A stretch of 64,000 bases of DNA, from positions 109,244,001 to 109,308,000 of the forward strand of contig NW_026262690.1 of the NCBI RefSeq assembly GCF_021869535.1, read 5' to 3'. This document shows positions 63,752 to 64,000 of the stretch, in pieces. The notes under the pieces are model-generated. The model had not been told where the DNA came from. It saw nothing but the letters and a program-made list of their open reading frames with translations, and ran no database searches. The stretch is from Mytilus californianus (Eukaryota). A program made the translations under genes and the position numbers. Each line of letters starts with the position of its first letter. The first letter of the stretch is position 1.

Positions 63752-64000
63752 TTAATTAAGAAATTTTTTTGTAATTTTATAGGGTGTAAAATTGTTGATT
63801 GTGCACACATTTTTAGAATAAAGAGCATTCATTTCTTATAATTACATTTTTTATGCTAATAAGACCATAAAAAAATTTCACGAGGATCCGTTAGTTCGAT
63901 TGGATAACAACAATCGCGCGTCATTCAAAAATTGACCTTCATATTAAAATGAAATGTTACTTTGGTGATGACACGTGCTTCCACAAAAAGTGCACAGGTA

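Noticed and set aside
60950-64000. Downstream CYP exons
   Set aside because: No C-helix WxxxR, I-helix, ExxR, PERF or heme-binding motifs found in the ORF track or by eye.

Overview
AT-rich, repeat-dense eukaryotic DNA. The repeat families suggest a bivalve mollusc, probably Mytilus (inference). Left to right: (1) a truncated, intact-looking, intronless minus-strand cassette (1-2369) with an A32/FtsK-like packaging ATPase and four small membrane-type ORFs, probably from a Polinton/adintovirus-like endogenous virus; (2) a decayed Tc1 transposon and a LINE 3' fragment; (3) a foldback-type element with ~1.9-kb inverted arms containing 105-bp subrepeats (10170-24273); (4) inserted in its right arm, a full-length 7.6-kb Ty3/Gypsy LTR retrotransposon whose Gag starts with a ComEA-like helix-hairpin-helix, whose integrase ends in a PHD finger, and which has a UUUAAAC -1 frameshift site with a predicted pseudoknot; (5) MITEs and Helentron-type HINEs; (6) a ~10.5-kb imperfect palindrome (29.2-39.8 kb); (7) hammerhead-ribozyme retrozyme repeats and a Penelope-like RT fragment; (8) exon 1 of a CYP2-clan cytochrome P450, the only host gene recognised; (9) a complete but mutated Kolobok DNA transposon (THAP-DDE transposase plus convergent KolX gene, TTAA TSD) right after that exon. 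All alignments were done by eye and no database searches were run.
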